Shown here: positions 51,616 to 64,000 of the stretch, in pieces
Layout: every line of letters starts with the position of its first letter
Position numbering within the stretch: position 1 is the first letter of the stretch
Assembly (NCBI GenBank): GCA_038087875.1
Contig: CM075990.1
Coordinates: forward strand, 15,688,001-15,752,000
Direction of reading: 5' to 3'
Length of the DNA stretch: 64,000 bases
DNA from: Malacoraja senta
Taxonomy: Eukaryota
Notes under the pieces: model-generated
What the model saw: the letters and a program-made list of their open reading frames with translations, nothing else
Database searches by the model: none
What the model was told of the DNA's origin: nothing
Made by a program: the position numbers and the translations under genes

Positions 51616-52564
51616 AACAAACATTGTCAGCGTAACATATTAAAATTTCACTTGATAAATCGAAAACAAATGAATCATATATGCAGTACAAAACAATATG
51701 CCTGTAATGCTTTCAGAATTAGAAGAGGTGTATACCACATTAAAAAAAATAGTTTAAAAAAAAATTTAAAAAAATCATATTTGGTCACACACGTGACTAA
51801 GAATGGGCCATTAGAATCTTAATTAAGAGAATAAATTTATCAAAATTCTTAAAAGCAGTGGGACATTCGGTCTACAAAATGCTTGACCTTTAAACCTTGT
51901 ATATGTAAGCATTTCACTCAACATTTTTTTTCTCTCCCCCCCCCCCCCCCCATCTTCACCAGCACATCCCCTTTAAGATTTCCCCCTCTCATCTTACAGC
52001 TGTGCTCTCTAGTCCTTCAAATATCCAGCCCCCGAAAATGGTTCTAAACATTTAGCTGTTTAGATTCCCGATTATTTATTTCCAAGAGGTTGCTCAGATG
52101 AGCAATTCAAAAAGGTCTTGTAAGTTCACAAAGGTGTGTTGTTTAAGTAGACAATAGACAATTGGTGCAGGAGTCGGCCATTCGGCCATTCGACCCTTCG
52201 AGCCAGCTGTATGAGTGATTAGACAACTGAATTAACATACACTCATCCTCATCTGCAGGAAACTTTGTCTTGCAATGGGAATATTATTAAATAAGAATTC
52301 TTGTGGGTGGTGAGACTAGATTGAGTAAAATGGTTAAATGTACAAAGATTGATACTCGAGCATTTGGTGGATCAAACCTTGCTGTTTGCATTGTTGTACA
52401 TTTATTCTCAACACCCAGCAACCTATAGCAGCAACAGTTATTTTCCCAGTGGTTCAATGGCTCAGACGTTTCAGCTGTAAAAACAGATGAGGTTGCAAGA
52501 ACTCGGTGTAATTGCTGGGAAAATGGATGACATCCACATTAGCGCAGTTAAACACAGTTTAGTT

Positions 52565-52878
52565 GGGGGCGGCATGGTGGTGCAGCGGTAGAGTTGCTGC
52601 CTTACAGTGCCAGAGACGTGGGTTGGATCCTGACTACGGGTGCTGTCTATATGGAATATGAACGTTCTCCCCATGACCCGCTCGGGTTTTCTCCGGGTGC
52701 TCTGGCTTCCTCCCACACTCTAAAGACGTACAGGTTTGTAGGTTAATTGGCTTCGGTAAAATTGTAAATTGTCCCAAGTGTGTGTGGCTTAGTGTTAACG
52801 TGCGGGGATCGCGGGTCGGTGCGGACTCGGTGGGCCGCAGGGTCTGTTTCCGCGCTGTATCTCTAAACTAAACTAAAA
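52565..52878 (+). mobile_element. Full-length HE1-like tRNA-derived V-SINE
   Basis: A-box-like tggtgcagcgg, B-box-like ggttggatcc, V domain gttctcccc..gggttttctccgggtgctctggcttcctcccac, CR1-like 3' end and (ctaaa)n. Confidence 0.88.
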
Positions 52879-54110
52879 TAGTAAAGCCAGAAGATTGTGT
52901 CAGAGGTAGCAAGCTCCTCACAATGCGCACTGTTGCAGTCAACACAAACTCAATCAACACAGAATCGGGTGGTTTGGTGTGACTAGTAAATTGCCTATTA
53001 TCTTCATTGCAAAGCAATGATGAAAATGATAAGCTTCAGGAAATCAGGGCTAACAGAGTTTACAAAACACATAGTAATTACTCAGAAACATCTCCCTAGA
53101 CATGTACCTGTCTAACTGTTTCTTAAAGGATGGGATAGTCCCAGCCTCAACCACCTCATCTGACAGCTTGCTCCATACACCCACCACCCTTTGTGTGGAA
53201 AGGATGCTCCTTTGGGTGCTCCTACAACTTATGAACGTATGAAATAAACACACGACCCTGTGCGAGCAAGGACTCCTTAAAATTGTTTGGAATATGCACA
53301 TATCATCCTCCATCCTTTACCAGATCATCTGACATCTCATGGAAACCAGGACACAAGTGAACCAAGAATTTTTGTGGGTCATTTGCAAACGTAACTATTG
53401 CCAACTATTGACAGATCCCTAATCTGTAATCAACAACAACAATTTCCCAACCAAGTGTCTGAGCTCATCTCTCTCTCCCTCTCCCTCTGAGGTTCATAAA
53501 TAGAATCCCTCCTTATTTAAACTAAAAAGTTTAAAAACTTACCAGCTGGCACAGCATAGTTATTTCTCATAATTGATTGAAGGAAAACTGCAGTCGTGCC
53601 CAAACTATTTGCTGTATTCCTTTGGGGAAATCCTTATAGGGATTGCATTGCTATTGCTTTCCATGAAAGGACATTTTTGTAGATAGCAGACCTTACTTAA
53701 TAAAAAGAGAGGTCAGGATGCTCATTGCTTCGAACAATGATTAAATGATTACCAAAACATAATTACATACTGGAAAATTGCAACCGGTAACAAATAAATT
53801 ACAAGTCTCAAACTCTAATGTTCTTATTCTATTTTTTTTGGCAGGCCCTATTGGATATTTCGACCCTAGAGGATAATTTGCTTCCTTGCTTGTTTGTGGT
53901 TCTGTGGTGACAGATCAGGCTAATGTAGGAATTGCAGATATTTCCAGAGGCAGGGTCGGAGGTGGCTGATGGGGTGAATGGAAGTTCAGTTTAGTTTAGT
54001 TTATTGTCACGTGCACCGAGATAAGGTGAAACGTTTTCGTTGCTTGCTATCCAGTCAGCGGAAAGGCAATACATCGAGCCATTTACGGTGTATAGATACA
54101 TGATAAGGGT

Positions 54111-56111
54111 ATAGAAACATAGAAACATAGAAATTAGGTGCAGGAGTAGGCCATTCGGCCCTTCGAGCCTGCACCGCCATTCAATATGATCATGGCTGAT
54201 CATCCAACTCAGTATCCCGTACCTGCCTTCTCTCCATACCCTCTGATCCCTTTAGCCACAAGGGCCACATCTAACTCCCTCTTAAATATAGCCAATGAAC
54301 TGGCCTCGACTACCCTCTGTGGCAGAGAGTTCCAGGGATTCACCACTCTCTGTGTGAAAAAAGTTCTTCTCATCTCGGTTTTAAAGGATTTCCCCCTTAT
54401 CCTTAAGCTGTGACCCCTTGTCCTGGACTTCCCCAACATCGGGAGCAATCTTCCTGCATCCAGCCTGTCCAACCCCTTAAGAATTTTGTAAGTTTCTATA
54501 AGATCCCCTCTCAATCTCCTAAATTCTAGAGAGTATAAACCAAGTCTATCCAGTCTTTCTTCATAAGACAGTCCTGACATCCCAGGAATCAGTCTGGTGA
54601 ACCTTCTCTGCACTCCCTCTATGGCAATAATGTCCTTCCTCAGATTTGGAGACCAAAACTGTACGCAATACTCCAGGTGTGGTCTCACCAAGACCCTGTA
54701 CAACTGCAGTAGAACCTCCCTGCTCCTATACTCAAATCCTTTTGCTATGAAAGCTAACATACCATTCGCTTTCTTCACTGCCTGCTGCACCTGCATGCCT
54801 ACTTTCAATGACTGGTGTACCATGACACCCAGGTCTCGCTGCATCTCCCCTTTTCCTAGTCGGCCACCATTTAGATAATAGTCTGCTTTCCTGTTTTTGC
54901 CACCAAAATGGATAACCTCACATTTATCCACATTATACTGCATCTGCCAAACATTTGCCCACTCACCCAGCCTATCCAAGTCACCTTGCAGTCTCCTAGC
55001 ATTCTCCTCACAGCTAACACTTCCCCCCCAGCTTAGTGTCATCAGCAAACTTGGAGATATTGCCTTCAATTCCCTCATCCAGTTCATTAATATATATTGT
55101 AAATAGCTGGGGTCCCAGCACTGAGCCTTGCGGTACCCCACTAGTCACTGCCTGCCATTGTGAAAAGGACCCGTTTACTCCTACTCTTTGCTTCCTGTTT
55201 GCCAGCCAGTTCTCTATCCACATCAATACTGAACCCCCAATGCCATGTGCTTTAAGTTTGTATACTAATCTCTTATGTGGGACCTTGTCGAAAGCCTTCT
55301 GGAAGTCCAGATACACCACATCCACTGGTTCTCCCCTATCCACGCTACTAGTTACATCCTCGAAAAATTCTATAAGATTCGTCAGACATGATTTACCTTT
55401 CGTAAATCCATGCTGACTTTGTCCAATGATTTCACCACTTTCCAAATGTGCTGCTATCCCATCTTTAATAACTGACTCTAGCAGTTTCCCCACTACCGAC
55501 GTTAGACTAACTGGTCTGTAATTCCCCGTTTTCTCTCTCCCTCCCTTCTTAAAAAGTGGGGTTACGTTTGCTACCCGCCAATCCTCAGGAACTACTCCAG
55601 AATCTAAAGAGTTTTGAAAGATTATTACTAATGCATCCACTATTTCTGGGGCTACTTCCTTAAGTACTCTGGGATGCAGCATATCTGGCCCTGGGGATTT
55701 ATCGGCCTTTAATCCATTCAATTTACCCAACACCACTTCCCGACTAACCTGGATTTCACCCAATTCCTCCAACTCCTTTGACCCGCAGTCCCCTGCTATT
55801 TCCGGCAGATTATTTATGTCTTCCTTAGTGAAGACGGAACCAAAGTAGTTATTCAATTGCTCCGCCATATCCTTGTTCCCCATGATCAACTCACCTGTTT
55901 CTGACTGCAAAGGACCTACATTTGTTTTAACTAATCTCTTTCTTTTCACATATCTATAAACACTTTTGCAGTCAGTTTTTATGTTCCCTGCCAGTTTTCT
56001 TTCATAATCTATTTTTCCTTTCCTAATTAAGCCCTTTGTCCTCCTCTGCTGGTCTCTGAATTTCTCCCAGTCCTCCGGTATGCTGCTTTTTCTGGCTAAT
56101 TTGTACGCATC
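54111..56111 (-). mobile_element. Young 5'-truncated CR1-clade (HER1-like) LINE
   Basis: Tail (atgtttct)n; inserted in a Rex-like 3' fragment whose halves (53985-54110, 56112-56245) rejoin as in 57530-57705. Confidence 0.93.
54209..56109 (-). CDS. CR1 ORF2 reverse transcriptase (partial, one frameshift)
   Basis: [68 protein letters not shown]. The two track ORFs join at the 7-C run 55023-55029. Confidence 0.93.
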
Positions 56112-58466
56112 ATAACGTTTAGTGCAAGGTAAAGCCAGCAAAGTCCGATCAAGGATGGTCCGAGGGTCACCAATGAGGAAGATAGCAGTTCAGGACTGCT
56201 CTCTGGTTGTGGTACGATGATTCAGTTGCCTGTTAACAGCTGGAAAGTTTGAGGTGGTGCATTGGTTTTCCATGTAGTTCTGATGCATATACTTCCAACA
56301 CCATCTACTGCTATAGTAAACCAGGAGATGTGTTCAACAGATATGGAGAAGGTGATGCAAACCATTTAATCTCATGACAGCAGGAACTAAATGCTTGGTG
56401 GTGGTGTATCTGTGGCATTTATTGCCACAGAGGCTGTGGAGGCCAAGTCAACAGATATTTTTAAGGCAGAGATAGTTTCTTGATTAATATGGGTGTAAGG
56501 GGTTATGGGGAGAAGGCAGGAGAATGGGGTTAGGCGGGAGAGATAGATCAGCCATGATTGAATGGCGGGGTTAGACTTGATGGGTCGGATGGTGTAATTC
56601 CGGTCCTATCACTTATCAACTTGCTGCAATAAATTAAAATGCTGAAATTATTTGGTGATGGATTCCAAAAATGACATAGAGTGGGTTTTAAAGGCTCGGG
56701 CCCAAATGTTATGCGTACCTCGATTTGGCAGCATTTTAGTAATGTCACAACTCATTTAGGTTAGGAAAGTATTTGTCAAGTGTTGGTAAGATATCTGGCA
56801 GAGTTCCTGATGGACAAAGTGCTCTGTCAACAGCTCGACAGTACACTGACTCAAGACAGATTTTTAGCAATGTACTGGAGTCGGAGAAGGGACTTGCTGG
56901 AACTTGCTAACAGGTGCAGTCTGGCAGCAGGTGGGCTAATAAAAGATGGTCAAAATAAACCAACTGTGTGTGTTCAGGAAAGGCAAGAGAAGAAGAGCTT
57001 AAATATGGCTCCTGACTCAAGCACTAAGATTAGAAACTGAGAGCAAGCCCAGAGGACACATGGTTCTTGACTGATATGAATAATCAGCACAAGCTGGAAG
57101 TGGCACTGGTGCATGCCCATACATAACTTTTATTTGGAAACATGAGAAAATTTAAATGCATGTTTAACGTGACTGACTAGTTGCATCATGGCTTTTTATA
57201 GGAATTCCACCACCTAGAATCGCAAGGGGATGCAGAGAGGGGGTAGACTCAGCCCGGTTCATCACCGGCACAGCCCTCCCCACCGTTGGAAGCATCTGCA
57301 GGAGTCTCTGTCATCAAGGATCCTCACCCTCTGAGCCTTGCCATCTTCTTGCTGCTACCTTTGGGCAGGTGTAACAGAAGCCTGAAGTCGCACACTTGGA
57401 ACTGCTACTTTCCTTCAACTATCAGGTTTTTAAACCAACCTGCACAACCCTAATCCCACCTCGACAACAGAACACTCAACGTTCCACATCTACAGTTTCC
57501 TGTGACCACAAAACCTGTCCTGGTTTTAAATTTAGTTTAGTTTAGCTTATTGTCGCGTGTACCGAGGTAGAGTGAAAAGCTTTTTGTTGCGTGCTAACCA
57601 GTCAGTAGAAAGACAATACATGATTACAATCGAGCCATTTACAGTGTATAGCGACATGATAGAGGAATAACATTTTCGCAAAAGGTAAAGGCAGCAAAGT
57701 CCGCTTTTAATTAAATTTAAATTAATGCAAGGGCAAGGTCATAGTGCAAGATAATAGCATTGCGTTGAAAGATCAGCCATGACCTTGATGAAAGATGGAG
57801 CTCAAAGGGCCAGTTAACCTACTCCTGTTCCAAAGTCTTATGTTCACATGTGGTGAAGCCAACCCAGAGTTCATTGGAAAAGACATCATGATCAATTGTT
57901 ACTGCACAAGAACAAATTCAGACTCGCAATGTGTACAGTGACTGAGGATGCTGATCACAAGTTTATGGGGCAATTTCTCGGACGATAATTCTGATGGCAT
58001 GTTATGAAAAAGCAGCAATTTTGCAGTTCAGATGATGCATTTGTTTAGCAATATGTACAAAATAAATCCATCTAGCGGAGAGCCTGTCATTTAAATTTCA
58101 TTCCATTGGGTTTCGCCTCATGTCCCAACCAACATTGCAAATGATGTTCCAGCCTCTCCTCCAAATACTTCACTGCACAATACTAAGTGTGACTATTCCA
58201 CAATGGATTTCATCTTGCAATAACAATGTCTTTTGTCTGCTTGACAAGTTATTAAAATAATTGTCTATTTTCTCTTATAACATGAGTGTGAAAGTTTTTA
58301 TTATATGGGCTCAAACTGCCAATAAAATTTATTTTTTTGCAGCAAAAATAATCAGGCCATTCAGCCCATCAAATCAATGCTGGATCCCAGTATAGCACTC
58401 TCTTGAGTACCATTCACCGATCCTGCTTGGAGTTCATTTGCTGCTCTCTTAAATATATACCCTCTT

Positions 58467-58487
58467 ATATATATATATATATATATT
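58467..58487. repeat. (TA)n microsatellite
   Basis: Seen directly. Confidence 0.9.
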
Positions 58488-58829
58488 GATTTGAGCCCTT
58501 GAAAATAAATGGACAAACGAACACTCACTTTCCTCTCCGGTGCCAGTTTTGGACTAGTTTGGCAGAGTTAATCTCAAAGATTTGGATACGGAAGAAAAAA
58601 AAACCTTATGCAATAAACAACTGAAAATTTGAGGCATTCTTGCAACTAATCTTCCCTTCAGCCACTGGAGGGAACACAGCGACTGAGGGAAAGCATATCC
58701 TGATGTGAATTGACTGACTGACGATTCATGATCCCATTTTGATCAGTTTGAATATTTGTCTCGTGTGGAGATCATGTTTTGTTTTATGTAAAGCTCTTTA
58801 GGGAATCCTATTACATTAAAGATACTTTT

Positions 58830-59360
58830 CATACAATCACCCAATTGTCACAACAGAGAAAGAGACCATTTAGTTCATTGAATCCATGCTGGCTCCTGGT
58901 AAGGCAATCAGTCCCATCCCCGACCCTCTCCCTCAACCCAAGAATGATTCCCTCTTGTGCTGAACTAATTTCCTTCTGAAAGACCCAACTGACTCTGTTT
59001 CCACCACCTTCTACAATGCAACTGCTCACTGACTAAAAAAACCCGACTTTATTCCCAAAGCTTTATACCGATACCCTCTGGTCTTTGAACCATCGATTAA
59101 TGGGAACAGCTTTCCACCTTTTATCACGCCTAAACCAGTAATGATCTTGGACACCTCCATCAAATCTCCTCTCAACCTTCTTTGCACTAAGGTAAAGAAC
59201 CCTGGCTTCTCCAATTGAGCATGGAGCTGAAATCCCTCATCCTTGGACCATTTTAGTAATCACATCCACTCCCTCCCTAAAGCTTTCTGAGTTACCTAAA
59301 CTGCATGAAATATTTCCTTTGTTAGACCAATACAATGTTTTACAGAGGGCCTGCAAAAAT
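58830..59360 (-). mobile_element. Old CR1 3' fragment
   Basis: LVQRRLRGDLMEVSKII...KTRGYRYK. Confidence 0.7.
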
Positions 59361-59889
59361 CCATCTGCTTTATGCCAATGAAGTATTGGATCCTAAGAAT
59401 GACACAAAATGCTGGAGTAACTCAGCGGGACAGGCAACATCTCTGGAGAGAAGGAATGGGTGACGTTTCGGGCCGAGACCCTTCTTGGACCCTTCAGCTT
59501 TGGTGTTCACCCTTTCGAAATGTGCTGCCCCTTTGAAATATTTATGCAAACTCACATCCACCTCCTCAGGCTCATATACTGATAGAGAACAGGTCTGCAT
59601 TCCCATGATGCTTTACGTCACTTCTCGATATCCCAATATGCTGACAAAGTACTTCTAAAGTGTAGTCACTGCTGTAACATACAAAACATGGCAGCCAATT
59701 TGCACACAGCAAGATCCCACCCTTGCACTAAAATTGGCCTCTATTGGGCCAAATGCTGGCAGGTGGGACTAGTGTAACTGGGTCATGTTGGCTGGTGTGG
59801 GCAAGTTGGGCCAAAGGGCCTGTTTCCACACTGTATCACTCTATGACTCTAAAAACCAATTAGCTAAAAGATAGGAGAATGTGTCTTCG

Positions 59890-60133
59890 TGAAGATAGAC
59901 AGAAAAAGCTGGAGTAACTCAGAGGGACAGGCAGCATTTCTGGAGAGAAGGCATGGGTAACATTTTGGGTCGAGACCCTTCTTCAGTCTGAAGAATATAG
60001 GTCTGAAGAAAAATCTTGACCCGAAACATCACCCATTCATTCTCACCAGAGATGCTGCCTGGCCCAGTGAATTACTCCAGCTTTTCGTGTCTATCTTCTG
60101 TACAAACCAGCATCTGCAGTTCCTTCCTACACA
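59890..60133. mobile_element. Inverted PLE pLTR pair with both hammerhead-like heads retained
   Basis: ...cccttcttcagtctgaagaatataggtctgaagaaaaatcttgacccgaaacatcacc... at the centre. Confidence 0.8.
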
Positions 60134-61844
60134 TGTGCCTCAGTGAGGTTTGTTGACAGGTAAATATTAGTAAAGTATCATTGGAGGGAAATTTCCAATA
60201 TTTCATATTTGATTGTTTGCCATTGGGATTGTTTGGTGTAAGGTGAGTCCAGGGCTTCTCTTGGGTCAGTTTCACTGCCAAAAAGTAGATCCACAACAGT
60301 GGGGCACTCCATCAGCATGGTAAGGCTGGGTTTGTGTGCTCGGATCTCTGCTGAGAGACCAACCCACAACCTTCTGACTCCAAGGCAAGAACACAATCAG
60401 TAGCTCAATCCGTGGGTTTAAGCAGCATATTAAAATGCATTATTCTTTGTCAGAAATGTCCCTCTCTTTACATTGCCAGCGCTAATGTGATTGGCCTTTG
60501 TATTCCACTTTGATTCTTCTTTTAATTAGATGAACAGCAATTAAAATACACAAAGGACCTCTTCATATCAGTATAGATTAACTCGTTGTGAAAACAGCCG
60601 ATTACCTGTTGTTCTGAGTAAGTAGTCTCCTCTGCCAATAAATTAATTATACGCATCTTTGCTACTTTCTTTTTTTTTCAATGATCTTTCCTGCTGTTAC
60701 TGATTTCAGCCCTTGGCTTTGGATAGAAATGTGAACTCTGACTTCTGGGTGTGAACAGACTTGGCAGAGAAATATTTGGGAACATCAAGAAAATTAATTG
60801 TCAGGCAACAAATGGAAAGAAAATCCAAGGCATCCTTGTGGCTAAATTTGTAGCTAATTCTTCCATACAAAGTTCCTGAATCCAGCCACTAATAGGAAAA
60901 CATTAATATTTTAAGTTAAGGTCTCCATTCCCAACTTGAGCACATCTCTGACCAACTGCTTGAGTGTCCTTCATTGATTGAAGTTGAATGTTTGTCTCAT
61001 GTTGTGACTTTGAAAATCCTGTTGAATTAAAGGCAGTTTTCATAGAATCATGCTATTATTACAGCAGAGGTGGAGACTAATCATTCCTTTGAGTATATTT
61101 CAATTCCTTGTTGAGCAATACTTCAAACCCAAGTTAGACACAAAATGCTGGTGTAACTCAGCGGGTCAGGCAGCATCTTTGGAGAAAATGATTAGGCGGC
61201 GTTTCGGGTCAAGACCCTTCTTCAGACTGAGAGTCAGGGGAGAGGCAAACTAGAGGTATGAAAAAGTACAGGACAAATCGCAGCTGGCACCGATGACTCA
61301 AGAAAGATAGAACCCACAATGGTTCATTGTTGGCTGCAAAAGAGATGATGACGAAGACCCGTTTCCTGCCCTTTTCCCCACAGTCCCTGCGAATTGTTCC
61401 CTCTCCGGTTCCAATCCATTTCCACTTCCAAGACACTGATGAATTCTGTATCCTCCACCTCTTCTGGAAAACATGAAGAGCCACTATAAGGAAGATTCAG
61501 AGATGGAGAAACATGGACAGGGAAGCAGAGAGAAAGTGAGAGATAAATGGAGAAAGAGGGAGACCACGGTATATAGAAAGATATCTAAAGAGAGCTTCAA
61601 ATGCACCAAATAGTAGTGATAGCATTTACTGCATCAGAATCAGAATCAGAATGCTTTATTATTGTCATTGCATGTGTCACATACAACGAGATTACTGTGT
61701 CACTCCATTTAAAAGAACTTCAAACATTCACATACTCAAACTTTTTACACTCCCTCCCTCCCCAAACCCACCCATGGATTCACATTTACATAAATTAACA
61801 CTGTCTCCCACCCCCCCTCCTTCCCCATAACCCGCTCCCGAGAC

Positions 61845-62130
61845 AGTTCCAAGATTGCTGATGGGTAAAAGCTGTTCTTGAGTCTGGCAGTACGTGACTT
61901 TAGCGACCTGTACCTTTTTCCTGAGGGCAGCAGTGTGAAAAGGTGGTGACAAGGATGTGTAATGTCTTTCACGATATTACAGGTCCTGCTGCGGCATCTG
62001 GAGTGGTAAATGTCCTCCAGAGGGGGCAGGGGGAGTCCAATGATACCCTGGGCAGTTTTTATCACCCTCTGAAGAGCTGCTCTGTCAGCTGCTGAACAGT
62101 TCCCAAACCAGGCATCCACACCAATATTCC
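61845..62130 (-). mobile_element. Rex1/Babar-like LINE C-terminal fragment
   Basis: AWFGNCSAADRAALQRVIKTAQGIIGLPLPPLEDIY...[18 protein letters not shown]. Confidence 0.85.
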
Positions 62131-62948
62131 ATTGCAGTGACTTCAGAGGCAGAGTTCCCACACTGCCACCACCTGGCAGTTCCCACGTTGCCTGTGTGAA
62201 GTTTCCACGTTCGGGCGTATCAGTTTCCTCCCACACCCCAATGTCGTGTGTGTTTGTAGGTTAATTGGCTTCTGTAAATTGTCCCTAGTGTGTAGGGAGT
62301 GGTTGAGAATGTGGGAAAACATAAAACTAGTGTGAGCTGATGAATGGTGGTCCGCGTTGACCCAGTGGGCCGTGGGGCTTGCTGCCATGCTGTGTCTCTA
62401 AAACTAAATTCAGCATCAACTACAACTGTCTTGGAATGGATAGAGAATCATGTCCGTTTGAGGTCGTTGTTATCCAGTCACCAACTACTCAACTTTATGC
62501 CATTGACAGTTCAGCGACTTTGCCAGGTAAACATGTGTTACATTAGCAGCTATGATTTACTCAACCATGGAGCTTGCCCAGAGAATTATTTAATTATGTA
62601 CAATGCTTCCACTACTTAGTAATTATGTTTTGGAATAAAATGTGCATGCCACTATTAGTCTGCCAACATAAAAGGTTGGTATAAGAATCAGTGAAGCAGA
62701 ATTGCTTATTTGAATGTAAATCACACATTTGAACAAAGTGGTTTATTCTTCAAATGATACCCAGATATTAGAGAGTGCAATAATTATCCACAACCCAACT
62801 TAAACCAAACAAATAAAATATTTAACCAACATCAAGGAAACTAAAAAGAAATGCATGATACACACGATCTTAGGTGGCATCTTACTTATAAAATAGGAAG
62901 ATCATGTGAAGGATGCACTGTGCTATTAATCCTGAGGTCTTTAGCTGA

Positions 62949-63477
62949 ATCTCCCCATTGGATTGCAACCTTGTCGTGGTCGGGGAGCTTGTGTGTCTCA
63001 GTGACCCCTAGAGCTATGACAGCGGGAGATTTGTCTCCTGTTAGGGTCTCCCATGCTGGACAGGTCGAAGGGTAGAGGCGAGACGAAGAGCGATCCACTG
63101 GTCCTCCAGGTTGGAGGTTGAGCACAGGGCTAACAACCCTGTCTCGTAAAACAAATATGTTACAGAACCAGCAACTGAAGGAATCAACACTATTGGGCGT
63201 GACGGACTTCAGGGCTATCGACAGATGCTAGGATGAATGTCAATGGTGAAGCGAACCGGACAGCATCCCAAGAATAGCCCTGCACTGGACACCAGAAGGG
63301 AAAAGGAAAAGAGGGAGACCCAAAACCACCTGGCGTCGAACTGTAGAGGAGGAAATGAAAACAATGGACCTGACCTGGGGTAGTCTCCAGAAGCTAGCCC
63401 AGAACAGACAGGAGTGGAGGACCTTCGTTGCTGCCCTACACACCAGGAAGCATAATAGGCAGTGAGTAAGTAAGAAA
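62949..63477 (+). mobile_element. Complete internally deleted (bipartite) RTE element
   Basis: RTE-type 5' UTR (ccttgtcgtggtcggggagcttg...gatccactggtcctccagg) fused to C-terminal codons IALHWTPEGKRKRGRPKTTWRR...QNRQEWRTFVAAL; (gtaa)n tail; 12-bp TSD gtctttagctga (62937-62948, 63478-63489). Confidence 0.9.
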
Positions 63478-64000
63478 GTCTTTAGCTGATTAAAACTTGT
63501 GAGTTTATACGATTTCACCCAAGAAAAGTGATATTTTGCACAGTAACGTCGGCAGAACCATACAAGAGAAGTCTTGTAATTGCAGCTCAGAATCTTATTC
63601 CCCCCCCTTTACTGTTTTACTGTTTGCAGCCTCTTCCCATCAATTCAAGAGAAATCAATCAGACTGATGTGGATTTTTCACATTAACAAAGTAGCAGAAC
63701 CATGAAATGTACTGAAAATCTTATGCGTTGTCACATGAAATACAAGTGAATTTTTAATGGCCCACTCAACCACGATCAATGCCAATCAACTAATTTTAAG
63801 TAGGTGTAATGGAATTTTTCTTACATTAATATTTAAAAATAAGCATCTTTAATTGCCTACATTTTTATTCATTACATTTCAGCATTCATTTTAACTGTGA
63901 TTTTACACACACTCCATAAAATGTTTCAAAAGGTGATTTAAAAGCCTTATTGTTTGGCTTTCTGTGAGAGAATTCTTTCATCTGATTGGCAGCTTTCACA

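Noticed and set aside
52565..52640. tRNA gene
   Set aside because: It is the tRNA-derived head of a V-SINE with no complete cloverleaf, and it continues into the V domain.

Overview
This is repeat-dense eukaryotic non-coding DNA, probably from a cartilaginous fish (skate or ray); that is inferred from HE1-like V-SINEs and HER1-like CR1 LINEs. I recognise no host protein-coding exon, and the only recognisable protein sequences are retroelement-derived. They are a young 5'-truncated CR1 ORF2 (54111-56111, minus), a Rex1/Babar RT (29718-31454, minus), Penelope-like GIY-YIG fragments and RTE C-termini. The strongest signal is a ~140-bp SINE-like family (2129-2273, 6365-6501, 36655-36791). Its first 54 nt fold by hand into a minimal HDV-like self-cleaving ribozyme, and in two copies the target-site duplication ends exactly at the predicted cleavage site. 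A TSD-flanked, internally deleted RTE (62949-63477) has a related head. More than 25 Penelope pseudo-LTR pieces carry minimal hammerhead motifs as solo, tandem, inverted and minisatellite forms. There are also six Harbinger-type MITEs sharing one TIR, one hAT MITE, a 237-bp local duplication fused to a poly(A) tail, and some possible enhancer-like unique stretches. All structures were read by eye; activity and novelty are untested.
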